Source of the DNA: Candidatus Calditenuaceae archaeon JGI OTU-1
GTDB lineage: Archaea; Thermoproteota; Nitrososphaeria_A; Caldarchaeales; Calditenuaceae
Length of the DNA: 17,066 nt
Assembly (NCBI GenBank): GCA_000494145.1
Contig: AWOE01000007.1
Coordinates: forward strand, 11,180-28,245
Direction of reading: 5' to 3'
How positions within the stretch are numbered: position 1 is the first letter of the stretch; every line of letters begins with the position of its first letter. Shown here piece by piece: positions 1 to 8,775 of this stretch. A program made the translations under genes and the position numbers. The notes under the pieces were generated by a model. It was not told the origin of the DNA and made no database searches. It worked only from the letters and a program-made list of their open reading frames with translations.

Positions 1-882
1 GGCTACTCGGCCGGCAGGGCGGTGCTGGGACACGAGGCGGTCGGCAGGGTCCTCGAGGTGGGCGAGGGCGTCGACTGGCTCAGGGAAGGGGAGGTGGTCG
101 TGCCGCACCACCACACCAACTGCGGCGAGTGCTACTACTGCCTGAACGGGAGCCCTACGATGTGTCCGGAGTACAGGCGCCACCACTTCGACCCGGGTGG
201 CTTCGCCGAGAGGTTCAGGGTTCCCGAGTTCATCGTCAGGCGCGGCGCGGTCTACAAGGTCAGGGGCCTCCAGGACCCGGAGGAGGCATGCCTCACAGAG
301 CCTCTGGCGTGCTCCCTGAGGGCCGTGAAGAGGGCGGGGGTCAGGGAGGGACAGACCGTCGCGGTCTTCGGCGTGGGTGCCGTCGGGGCCCTCTTCGTAG
401 CGCTGCTGAGGGGCCTCGGCGTCGAAGTCCTCGGCGTCGACGTCAACCCGAGGAGGCTGAGCCTCGCGGAGCGGTTGGGGGCCCGTGCGGTGGAGGCCGG
501 GCCTAGGCGGGTCGCTGACGAGGTCAGGGCTCTGACGGGTGGAAGGGGAGCTGACGTCTCGATCGTCGCGACGGGCAACGTAGCTGCGATATCCTCGGCC
601 ATCTCCTCCACCCGCAGCGGGGGCGTCGTCTGCCTCTTCGGCCTCCCGCCCTCCGGATCGAGGGTGGATCACGACTTCAGCGAGCTCCTGGTGAGGGAGG
701 TCAGCCTGATCTCGTCGAACGCGGCCTCGGAGGAGGAGATGGTCGAGGCGTTGGACCTGATCGCGAGCGGAAAGATCCGCGCATCCGACCTGATCACGCA
801 CAGGTTCAGGATCGAGGAGTTCGACAGGGCGTTGGAGGTCTTCGAGAGGGGCGAGGGAGTGAAGGTCTTGATAAGACCCTGA
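1..882 (+). CDS. Zn-dependent alcohol dehydrogenase, medium-chain dehydrogenase/reductase family (threonine/sorbitol dehydrogenase-like); 5'-truncated by the window edge
   Basis: Frame 1 is open from base 1 (GYSAGRAVLGHEAVG...), so the GTG at 22 is not the true start. It has the catalytic-Zn GHE motif, a structural-Zn cluster C-x2-C-x2-C-x7-C (CGECYYCLNGSPTMC) and the Rossmann motif GVGAVG. Stop TGA is at 880-882. Confidence 0.85.
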   Translation, partial: GYSAGRAVLGHEAVGRVLEVGEGVDWLREGEVVVPHHHTNCGECYYCLNGSPTMCPEYRRHHFDPGGFAERFRVPEFIVRRGAVYKVRGLQDPEEACLTEPLACSLRAVKRAGVREGQTVAVFGVGAVGALFVALLRGLGVEVLGVDVNPRRLSLAERLGARAVEAGPRRVADEVRALTGGRGADVSIVATGNVAAISSAISSTRSGGVVCLFGLPPSGSRVDHDFSELLVREVSLISSNAASEEEMVEALDLIASGKIRASDLITHRFRIEEFDRALEVFERGEGVKVLIRP

Positions 883-886
883 CCGC

Positions 887-1621
887 TCACTTGCCTGACT
901 TGAGGGCTTCCTCGATCAGCGCGTTGACCTCATCCTCGGGAACCGCCGTGTAGGTCTTCGTGTCGGTCGGGATCACCACCATCCGGGCCATCCAGTTCTG
1001 GTCGATCTTGTCGACGGATCTGACGAGCGCACTTATCGCCAGCCTCTTCGCCTCCTCCAGAGACATCTTGCTGTCGTACGTCGCCTCGAGGATCTCCTTC
1101 ACCTTCTCCGCCCCCCTTCCGATGCTCCACGCCTTGTACTCCAGGACGACGCCACTCGGCTCGGTGTAGAAGAGCCTCGTACCGTCGACGGAAGAACCTC
1201 CGATCAGCAGAGCCACCCCGAAGGGCCTCACCCCTCCGTGCTGGGTGTAGAGCTGCATCAGGTCGCCGATTCGCTTGGCGACGCTCTCGACCGACGGCAG
1301 CTCGTCAAAGGTCAGCCTGTAGCTCTGCGCGTAGAGCCGGGCGCTGTCGACGAGAACCCTGGCGTCGGATATGAGGCCCGACGCGGCGGCGCCTATGTGG
1401 AGGTCGATCTGGAAGAGCTTCTGCGAGTACGTCGGAGCCTGAAGTTTGCTGTGGGCCCTCTCCTCGACCGCGAGGACGACGCCCTCGTCGACCCTGATCC
1501 CGACCGAGGTGGACCCCGACTTCACCGTCTCCAGCGCGTACTCGACCTGGTAGAGTCTGCCCTGCGGCGAGAAGACCGTTATGGCCCTGTCATATGCACC
1601 GGCCATGCCGAGCGCTGCCAC
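887..1621 (-). CDS. psmA: 20S proteasome alpha subunit
   Basis: The N-terminus YDRAITVFSPQGRLYQVEYALE is the canonical proteasome alpha signature, and the length (~240 aa) fits. The start is ambiguous: GTG at 1621 or in-frame ATG at 1606 (MAGAYDRA...). Confidence 0.95.
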   Translation of the reverse strand: MAALGMAGAYDRAITVFSPQGRLYQVEYALETVKSGSTSVGIRVDEGVVLAVEERAHSKLQAPTYSQKLFQIDLHIGAAASGLISDARVLVDSARLYAQSYRLTFDELPSVESVAKRIGDLMQLYTQHGGVRPFGVALLIGGSSVDGTRLFYTEPSGVVLEYKAWSIGRGAEKVKEILEATYDSKMSLEEAKRLAISALVRSVDKIDQNWMARMVVIPTDTKTYTAVPEDEVNALIEEALKSGK

Positions 1622-1753
1622 TCCGATTCACCCCATCGCGTGGACCCAATATGCCAAATATATGTGTGCCGGACTCTCCTCCGACCGGAGCCCTGCACCC
1701 GCACCCTCAAGCCTTTTTGTTGACGTCGGAATTCCTCCGACGGTAACGGGAGG

Positions 1754-4700
1754 ATGAGGACGGTCTACCGGGGTCTGTGCCCTAATTGCGGCGGCGACGT
1801 CAGCGACGAGGAGCTCCTGACCAACGGCGTCTGCGGCAAGTGCGTCCCCTTCAGGGCCTCCAGCCGCACGGAGGTCCACACCTACCTCCTGAGGACGGGG
1901 AGGCTCAGGGACTTCAGGGAGGCGCTGGAGCTCTCGATCAGGGTGGAGGAGTTCAGGGACCTCTTCAGGCGCCTCGTCGGCTCCTCTCCTTGGTCCCTCC
2001 AGGAGACTTGGGCGAGGAGGGTCTTCCTCGGCAGGAGCTTCTCGATCGTTGCACCGACGGGCCTCGGGAAGACGACGTTCGGGATCGTGACGGCGATCTA
2101 CCTCCACCTCAACTCCGGCGTCAAGAGCTACCTCATCCTCCCCAGCAGCCTTCTGGTGCAGCACGTCCACGAGAGGTTCGAGGAGTACCTCAGGAGGATC
2201 GGGAGGGAGGTCAGGGTCGTCTCGTACAGGTCCGGCCTCTCCGAGTCGAGGGCCGCTGGGGTCCTGTCTTCGATAGGCTCCGGAGACTTCGACGTCCTCA
2301 TCACGACCGACCGGTTCCTCTACAACCGCTTCGACCTGCTGCGGGGGAAGGAGTTCGATTACGTCTTCGTCGACGACGTGGACTCCTTCCTGAGGAGCCC
2401 GAGGAACATCGACAAGGTCGTCGAGCTGATGGGGTACGACCCTGGCGTCGTCGAGACGGTGCTGAGGATGATAAGGCTGAGCAGGAAGAGGAGGCCGACG
2501 GAGGAGGACTTCAGGGAGTACGAGTCCCTCGGGGAGGAGCTGGAGCGTTACAGGAGGACCGAGAGGAGGAAGGTCCTGATCGTCTCGGGTGCGACGGCCC
2601 GTGCCAGGAGGACGATGCGCGTCAGGGTCTTCAGGGAGCTCTTCGGCTTCGAGCCCGGTCACACCTTCGAGCTCGTGAGGAACATCGGCCTGTACCACCT
2701 GAGGCCGCGGCGTGATGTGAAGGAGGAGGTGGTTGAGCTGGTGAAGAGGTACGGAGGGGGTGCTCTGGTCTTCGTCCCGCAGACGGCCGGCGTCGGGGGC
2801 GCTGAGGAGCTGGCCGAGGCCCTGAAGAGGGAGGGGATCCCGTGCTACGCCTACAACAGGTTCAGCCCGAGGATGCTGCAGCGGTTCGTCAGCGGAGAAT
2901 ACGAGGTGCTGCTGGGCGTCGCGAGCACCAGGAGCCCCCTCGCACGGGGCATCGACCTCCCCGAGAGGATACGCTATGTGATCTTCGCCGGGGTGCCGAG
3001 GAGGGAGATCGCGATAGGTAGGGACGAGTACAGGCCTCAGATGCTCCTCTCGGTGCTCAAGCACGTCGCGCCCCTTCTCGACGGCCCCTTGGCCGAGGAG
3101 GCGCTCCGCGTGACCGGAGCCCTCTCGAGGGTCGTCCCGACGGTGAGCGAGGTGGTCGAGCGCGTCGCCGCCGCGATCCAGTCCGGTGCGAAGCTCGAGG
3201 GGTTCGAGGGCCACGTCCAGGAGCTGGTGATGAGGGCGAGGGACCTCCTGAGCAGGGTGATGACGCCGGAGAGGGTGGCCATGCTCTCGGCGAGGGCCGA
3301 CATTCAGCTGAAGGTCACCGAGGAGGGTTACAGCCTGATAATCCCCGACGTCGACGGCTTCATCCAGGCGTCAGGGAGGTGCTCGAGGCTCTACGCGGGC
3401 GGGATCACGAGGGGTATCGCGATCGTCCTGGTCGACGACGAGAAGGCTTTCCACGGCTTCACCAAGCGCCTCGAGTCGCTCTACGACGAGACGATCGAGC
3501 CCTACGACGAGCGGAAGGTCAGCGAGGACTTCAGGCTCGTCGACGAGGACAGGAGGAAGGTGATGCTCGTCAGGTCCGGACAGGTTGAGCCGGAGAAGTT
3601 CGACGTCATGCGGAACGCCCTCGTGATAGTGGAGTCGCCGACGAAGGCGAGGACCATCGCTTCCTTCTTCGGGAGGCCTGCGCGGAGGGAGATCGGCGAG
3701 CTGACCGCCTACGAGTCCGTCAGCGGCCATGCCCTCCTCACCGTCGTCGCCTCGGGAGGACACGTCTTCGACCTGACGACGGTTGGCGGCTACCACGGCG
3801 TCCTCGAGCTCGACTCAAAGCACGTGCCGATCTACACCCCGATCGTCAGGTGCCTCGACTGCGGCAACCAGTTCGTGGACTACGAGAGGTGCCCGCGGTG
3901 CGGTTCGGAGAGGGTCAGGAGCAAGGTCGAGGTGGTGAGGGCCCTCAGGTCGCTGGCGATGGAGGCGAACGAGGTCCTGATAGCGACCGACCCCGACGCG
4001 GAGGGGGAGAAGATAGGATACGACATCTACTGCGCCGTGAGGCCGTACAACGACAACGTCAGGAGGCTCGAGTTCCACGAGGTCACGAGGAAGGCCCTTG
4101 CCGCGGCCCTCGCTTCGCCGAGGAGCGTCAAGGAGAGCCTCGTCGAGGCCCAGCTCCTCAGGAGGATCGAGGACAGGTGGGTCGGGTTCGAGTTGAGCAG
4201 GAGGCTCCAGGAGCGGTTCGGCCGCAGGACCCTCTCGGCCGGCAGGGTTCAGACGCCGGTGCTCGGGTGGGTGGTGGAGAGGACGTCGATGGCAGCGAGG
4301 AAGTTGCCGGCCCTGACGGTCGTTCTGGAGGACGGCCTCCGGGTCGAGTTCCTGAACCCCGTCGACGTAGATGAGGCGAAGAGACTCCACGAGAAGGGAG
4401 AGCTCTTCTGCGACGTCGTCGAGGTGGCCTCCGAGGTCAGGGAGGTCAGACCTCCTCCGCCCTACACCACGGACTCGATGCTGAGGGACGCGTGGCAGTT
4501 CTTCAGGATGGGGGCCACGGAGGCCATGGAGGCAGCCCAGACGCTCTTCGAGTCGGGCCTCATCACCTACCACAGGACCGATTCGACCACGGTCTCCTCG
4601 ACGGGCCTCAACGTCGCCAGGTCGTACATCGAGGAGAGGTTCCCGGGTTCCTTCAGGCCGAGGACCTACGCCAGGGAGGGGGCCCACGAGTGCATCAGGC

Positions 4701-5338
4701 CGACCAGGCCCATCGACGAGAGGATGCTGGGCTACTACGTCCAGTCCGGGACCCTGACGACCGCCGCGAGGATAGGGAGGAGGGAGCTGGCGCTTTACGG
4801 CATGATCTTCCGTCGCTTCATCTCGAGCCAGATGCCGGAGGCGAGGGTCAGGTACCAGACGGTATCCGTGAGGCTTCTGGGGAACTCCGTCCAGGTGGAG
4901 AGGGCCGTCGAGGTGATCGAGGACGGCTTCCTGAAGGTCAACCCGCTCGTCCAAGTCCAACAGCCTATGGTCCCGGGCAGGAAGGCGGTCAGGGAGCTCG
5001 TCTACAGGAAGGTCCCAGCGGCCAGGCTGCTGACGGAGGGCGAGATAATCGCGATGATGAAGAGCAGGGGCATAGGCAGGCCGAGCACCTACGCCAAGAT
5101 CGTCAGGACGCTCTACGACCGGAACTACGTGATCCAGAGGGCCGGGAGGGTGATCGCCACGAGGCTCGGCAAACAGGTCTACGACTTCCTCCACACGACC
5201 TTCGGAGACCTCGTCTCGGAAGAGCTGACGAGGCAGCTCGAGGCCAGGATGGACGAGATAGAGGAGGGGAAGGCGAACTACCTCGACGTCCTGAAGGAGT
5301 TGAGGGCATCGCTTGCAGCTCTAATGTCCAGGAGCTGA
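1754..5338 (+). CDS. rgy: Reverse gyrase (SF2 helicase-like domain fused to type IA topoisomerase)
   Basis: 1194 aa. N-terminal Zn finger CPNCGG...CGKC; Walker A APTGLGKTT; DDVD motif II. Toprim region VIVESPTKARTIASFFG and ATDPDAEGEKI. Second Zn finger CLDCGN...CPRCG. Topo IA active-site Tyr context GLITYHRTDST. ATG at 1754. Confidence 0.97.
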   Translation: MRTVYRGLCPNCGGDVSDEELLTNGVCGKCVPFRASSRTEVHTYLLRTGRLRDFREALELSIRVEEFRDLFRRLVGSSPWSLQETWARRVFLGRSFSIVAPTGLGKTTFGIVTAIYLHLNSGVKSYLILPSSLLVQHVHERFEEYLRRIGREVRVVSYRSGLSESRAAGVLSSIGSGDFDVLITTDRFLYNRFDLLRGKEFDYVFVDDVDSFLRSPRNIDKVVELMGYDPGVVETVLRMIRLSRKRRPTEEDFREYESLGEELERYRRTERRKVLIVSGATARARRTMRVRVFRELFGFEPGHTFELVRNIGLYHLRPRRDVKEEVVELVKRYGGGALVFVPQTAGVGGAEELAEALKREGIPCYAYNRFSPRMLQRFVSGEYEVLLGVASTRSPLARGIDLPERIRYVIFAGVPRREIAIGRDEYRPQMLLSVLKHVAPLLDGPLAEEALRVTGALSRVVPTVSEVVERVAAAIQSGAKLEGFEGHVQELVMRARDLLSRVMTPERVAMLSARADIQLKVTEEGYSLIIPDVDGFIQASGRCSRLYAGGITRGIAIVLVDDEKAFHGFTKRLESLYDETIEPYDERKVSEDFRLVDEDRRKVMLVRSGQVEPEKFDVMRNALVIVESPTKARTIASFFGRPARREIGELTAYESVSGHALLTVVASGGHVFDLTTVGGYHGVLELDSKHVPIYTPIVRCLDCGNQFVDYERCPRCGSERVRSKVEVVRALRSLAMEANEVLIATDPDAEGEKIGYDIYCAVRPYNDNVRRLEFHEVTRKALAAALASPRSVKESLVEAQLLRRIEDRWVGFELSRRLQERFGRRTLSAGRVQTPVLGWVVERTSMAARKLPALTVVLEDGLRVEFLNPVDVDEAKRLHEKGELFCDVVEVASEVREVRPPPPYTTDSMLRDAWQFFRMGATEAMEAAQTLFESGLITYHRTDSTTVSSTGLNVARSYIEERFPGSFRPRTYAREGAHECIRPTRPIDERMLGYYVQSGTLTTAARIGRRELALYGMIFRRFISSQMPEARVRYQTVSVRLLGNSVQVERAVEVIEDGFLKVNPLVQVQQPMVPGRKAVRELVYRKVPAARLLTEGEIIAMMKSRGIGRPSTYAKIVRTLYDRNYVIQRAGRVIATRLGKQVYDFLHTTFGDLVSEELTRQLEARMDEIEEGKANYLDVLKELRASLAALMSRS

Positions 5339-5401
5339 GGTCGTCAGAAGTTCTGATGCACGGAACCACAATCGACGTTCACTGTGCAGCCATATGACAT
5401 A

Positions 5402-6784
5402 CTAAGCGGAATCCGCTCCAGCACTCCAGTGCGCCTGACCCCTCCACGCAGGCTCCAGGACGCCGAGGACTGTGAGCTCTATCTTTTCGGGCTCCACGCC
5501 GAGCAGGTCCCTGAAGGAAGGGGTAGTGCGGCCGTTGTCGCCGTGGATGAGCTCCTTCACGTAGAGTCCTCCGTCCACGACCAGCGTCAGCTCGTAGGTC
5601 CTCTCGTCGACCTGAACGGCCGTGACGTCATGGACGGTCCTCCTCCTCAACCTGTCTCCCCTCCTCCTCAGCACCCTCGTCGGGGTCCTCTGCTCGACCA
5701 CCGAATTCCTCAGGCGGTCGCAGGCCCTCATCATCGCCTCGAGAGGGACGGGGGCCGAGAAGACGACGCGAACCGAGTAGACCTTCCTCTTCCGCTCGGT
5801 CTCGGTCTTGAGGAACCTGACGTCCGCCCTCGTCGCAGGCCCGAGGTCGAACACCTCCACCTTGCCTCGCGAGAACTCCCTGACCCTCCTCGCGAACTCC
5901 TCGAGGTCGACGGTGCGCCTCGCAGGCTCGGAGAGCTCGAGGACGAAGGGCCTCCCGGACCCCTCAACGGCCGCGTCGAGGTCCTCCCTCCCGGCGGCGT
6001 GGAAGGTGAAGTCCATCGCCCCCCACAGCTCCAGCGCAGGCAAACCGATGTACTCGGCGACCGAGACGTCGGGCCCCTCCCTCCTTCCGGTGTAGTCGCA
6101 GGCATCGCACCCCTTTCCCCAGCAGACGTCACAGAGCCACGGCGTCTGGGGTGTGGACCTCGAGTGCTTCAGGTACCTGCCCCTGATCATGACCGGTGCG
6201 GGCCTCACCTCGAAGGTCGACGTGAACGGGTCAAGCAGCACCTCCAGCTCGGGGTTAGAGGGCGAGAAGGCCCTGCCGGTGAGCTGGGCGAAGATCCTCC
6301 GCGCCTCCCTCGTCACGTCCCTCCTGACCGACTCGGCCGAATCGAGGCCGTAGCTGCTGATCAGGTGGTCCTCGAGGCTCCTGATGTGGGGAGGGACGAA
6401 GGTCCCTACGCTGAACGTCGAGAACTCGTATCCGGAGGCCTTCTCTGCGGCCGCCCTCACGAGCTCCCCGATCCGCTCGGTCGAGACCTTTCCCCTGCAG
6501 AGGGAGCACCGCTCGACGACCACCTCGACCCCCCTCTCACGGAGGAGGTCGATCGAGACCGGGTGACCCGATCGGGCTAGGGCCCTCAAGAGCTCGGCGT
6601 CGTCGGAGCGGACGGCCTCCCCCATCGCCGCGTCCATGAGCATCGCCCCGTTCTCTTGCCTCGGAAGCTCGGGACGGAGCAGCGCGAAGAAGCGTCCCAG
6701 ACACCTGGAGCAGAGGGGGTAGTCGATCAGAAGGGATCTGACCTTCCGCAGCACCCTGCCCTCCACCTCCATCTCACAACTCAC
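5402..6784 (-). CDS. pus10: tRNA pseudouridine synthase Pus10 (Psi54/Psi55 synthase)
   Basis: N-terminal Zn-binding pairs CSRC...CSLC precede a THUMP-like region. Catalytic-Asp context AAGREDLDA; C-terminal GGLYVKELIHGDNGRTTPS, typical of Pus10. There is also a CxxCxGxGCxxC cluster (CDVCWGKGCDAC, nt 6098-6133). Start is GTG 6784 (3 nt after the upstream stop) or ATG 6772. Confidence 0.9.
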   Translation of the reverse strand: MSCEMEVEGRVLRKVRSLLIDYPLCSRCLGRFFALLRPELPRQENGAMLMDAAMGEAVRSDDAELLRALARSGHPVSIDLLRERGVEVVVERCSLCRGKVSTERIGELVRAAAEKASGYEFSTFSVGTFVPPHIRSLEDHLISSYGLDSAESVRRDVTREARRIFAQLTGRAFSPSNPELEVLLDPFTSTFEVRPAPVMIRGRYLKHSRSTPQTPWLCDVCWGKGCDACDYTGRREGPDVSVAEYIGLPALELWGAMDFTFHAAGREDLDAAVEGSGRPFVLELSEPARRTVDLEEFARRVREFSRGKVEVFDLGPATRADVRFLKTETERKRKVYSVRVVFSAPVPLEAMMRACDRLRNSVVEQRTPTRVLRRRGDRLRRRTVHDVTAVQVDERTYELTLVVDGGLYVKELIHGDNGRTTPSFRDLLGVEPEKIELTVLGVLEPAWRGQAHWSAGADSA

Positions 6785-6787
6785 CCT

Positions 6788-8380
6788 CTACCCCGCCGAG
6801 ATCACCCGGCCTATGCCCTTCACCCTCCCCTCCCTCAGGACGAAGACGTCGCCGGGCCTGAGGAACTCGGGCCTGTACTTGAAGTGGAAGCGGGCCCTCC
6901 CCTGCTCCCCTGGCTTGAGGTAATCGCCGTCGAGGACCTCCATGCGGGCCGATTGGGAGATCGTGTGGCAGTGGACTATCGGCTCGTACCCGCTGGCTAT
7001 CCTGGTGGGATGCGAGAGAATGAGGACCTCTGCCTCGAAGCTCCAGACCGCCTCGGGCCCCACCTCCTTGTCGGCCAGGACCATCCCCCTCCTCACCCAA
7101 TCGTGAGGTACGCCCCTGATCGCTATCCCGACTATCTGCCCGGCCTCGGCCTCCTCCACACGCGCGTTGTGGATCTCGATGCTCCTCGCCCTCACCTCCG
7201 CGAACCCTCCCTTTTGGTCAGGCCCCAGCAGGAGCGTCGCGCCGCTCCTCAACCTGCCCTGAAGTATCGTCCCGGAGACGACGGTCCCGGTCCCCTCGAC
7301 GTCGTAGACCCTGTCGACGTACATCAGGAAGGGCCTGTCGCTGGGCTTGGGGCGCGCCGGCAGCATCGAGAGGAGCTGGTAGAGGAGGTCGAAGCCCTGC
7401 CTCGTCACGGAGGAGGTCTCGAGGACTGGAACGACGACGTTCAGCTTGTCGATCACGACGTTCAGGTCCGAGAGCTCCCTCACGTGGACCGGAACCCTCC
7501 CGACCCTCTTCACGAGCCGGGCCACCTCCTCCCTCACCTCCTCGAGCCTCCTCGACCCGACCTTGTCGACCTTGGTGATGCAGAGGATGACAGGTATCCC
7601 GGCTGCGAAGAGGATTCCGAGGTGCTCCCTCGTGATGTGCGTCGGCCCGTCGTCGGCAGCCACAACGACAAGCCCGTAATCGACCTCCTGACCGAGGAGG
7701 CCGCGGATCGTCGTCCTCAGCCACGGTTCGTGGCCCACGGTGTCGACGACGCTGACGATCTTCTCGGCCTCCGATACCACCCTCGCCTTCTCCCTCTTGT
7801 CGAGCGGGTTCTTCACGAGGATCGGCTTCCCTTCCTTGAACCCCAGAACAGCGAAGTGGAGGTCCGCAGAGAGGTTACGGGCTATCTCGTGGGGGAGCGT
7901 GTCCATGTAGAGCCACTTGGTCCCGTCGTCGCTCTCGCCGGTGAGGAGGCATGCGATCAGGGTGGACTTCCCGTGGTTGACGTGTCCGGCGACGCCGAGC
8001 GTGACGTGGTTGACGAGGGTCCTCGTGAGGGCCTCGATCACGACCTTCGCGATCTCGCCCCTCTCGGAGGAGAACCTCTCGACTTTCTTCACCCGCGCGC
8101 CGCACTCGGCGGCTATCGCCCTGACGACAGCGATGCTCTCCTCCAGCTCGACCTCGTTGAGCCCCACGACCTCGCCGTCGTCATCGACTCCGATCACGTA
8201 GACCGCAACCCCTCGCCCCTCCTCGAGCCTGGCCCTCATCTGAGCCACGAGCTGCTGCCTCCTCTCCGGCCGAAGGTGATAGGACTGGATCAGCCTCGAC
8301 TTGAACTCGATGTGTCCCCTCTCCGCACCGGGGACCGTTACCCTTTCGGCGCCCACCCCTTTGCCCTCAAGGACGAACAC
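6788..8380 (-). CDS. GTPBP1-family translational-type GTPase (EF1A/EF-Tu-like, COG5258-type), function unknown in archaea
   Basis: G1 GHVNHGKSTL, G3 DTVGHEPWLRTT and G4 TKVD (the T/NKxD variant typical of GTPBP1). These are followed by EF-Tu domain II/III-like beta-barrel sequence (VDRVYDVEGTGTVVSGTILQG). An N-terminal ~120-aa extra domain is present. GTG start at 8380; TAG stop at 6788-6790. Confidence 0.85.
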   Translation of the reverse strand: MFVLEGKGVGAERVTVPGAERGHIEFKSRLIQSYHLRPERRQQLVAQMRARLEEGRGVAVYVIGVDDDGEVVGLNEVELEESIAVVRAIAAECGARVKKVERFSSERGEIAKVVIEALTRTLVNHVTLGVAGHVNHGKSTLIACLLTGESDDGTKWLYMDTLPHEIARNLSADLHFAVLGFKEGKPILVKNPLDKREKARVVSEAEKIVSVVDTVGHEPWLRTTIRGLLGQEVDYGLVVVAADDGPTHITREHLGILFAAGIPVILCITKVDKVGSRRLEEVREEVARLVKRVGRVPVHVRELSDLNVVIDKLNVVVPVLETSSVTRQGFDLLYQLLSMLPARPKPSDRPFLMYVDRVYDVEGTGTVVSGTILQGRLRSGATLLLGPDQKGGFAEVRARSIEIHNARVEEAEAGQIVGIAIRGVPHDWVRRGMVLADKEVGPEAVWSFEAEVLILSHPTRIASGYEPIVHCHTISQSARMEVLDGDYLKPGEQGRARFHFKYRPEFLRPGDVFVLREGRVKGIGRVISAG

Positions 8381-8412
8381 TCACGCCGTCCCTATAGGCT
8401 TCTTCCCTACCC

Positions 8413-8775
8413 TCACCGGCCCTCTGCCCTCCTCGCTGCCCTCCCCACGAGGATCCCTCCGACGAGGCCGATCAGGAAGGTGGCGGAGCCGTTGAAGCGG
8501 TGGAGGGTCTCGACGGCGTCCTCGACGTGGAACAGCAGCATCGTCAGTCCGAGGGCTCCCTGCAAGCCCGTCAGTACCGAGAGCAAAGCTCCGAGGGCGA
8601 GCGCTGGCCTGAATTTCCGGCCTATGTAGGCGTATGCCACGGAGGCGACGAAGGCGATGGCACCCAGAGCGACGTGCAGCGGCAGCAGTGCCAAGGCCAT
8701 GCGCATCTCGCCGATCGCGACGTTCACCAGCAGGACAACCGCCAGGACCGCACCGATGACCGTCCTCGGGTTCAT
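8413..8775 (-). CDS. Small integral membrane protein, about 4 TM helices, unknown family
   Basis: I start this at the internal ATG 8775 (MNPRTVIGAVLAVVLLV...) rather than 9126. Upstream of it the 237-aa ORF is G/R/E-rich, looks like off-frame junk and overlaps the beta-grasp gene. There are four hydrophobic segments, conserved-looking His residues (LPLHVALG, LLFHVEDAVETLH) and an Arg-rich C-tail. Its ATG overlaps the upstream stop (ATGA at 8772-8775). Confidence 0.6.
   Translation of the reverse strand: MNPRTVIGAVLAVVLLVNVAIGEMRMALALLPLHVALGAIAFVASVAYAYIGRKFRPALALGALLSVLTGLQGALGLTMLLFHVEDAVETLHRFNGSATFLIGLVGGILVGRAARRAEGR

Noticed and set aside
1748-1753. GGGAGG immediately before the reverse gyrase ATG as a Shine-Dalgarno site.
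   Set aside because: It has zero spacer to the start codon, and GGAGG-like strings are ubiquitous in this sequence because of codon bias. It is not distinguishable from background.
1628-3214. 528-aa ORF antisense to reverse gyrase. Similar long antisense or off-frame ORFs lie at 3815-5194, 5384-6580, 6656-8629, 10152-10934, 4492-5397 and 1786-2715.
   Set aside because: They are extremely R/P/G/E/D-rich with no motifs. Each fully overlaps a gene with unmistakable family signatures. Long open antisense frames are expected at this GC content with AGG/GAG/CTC codon bias.
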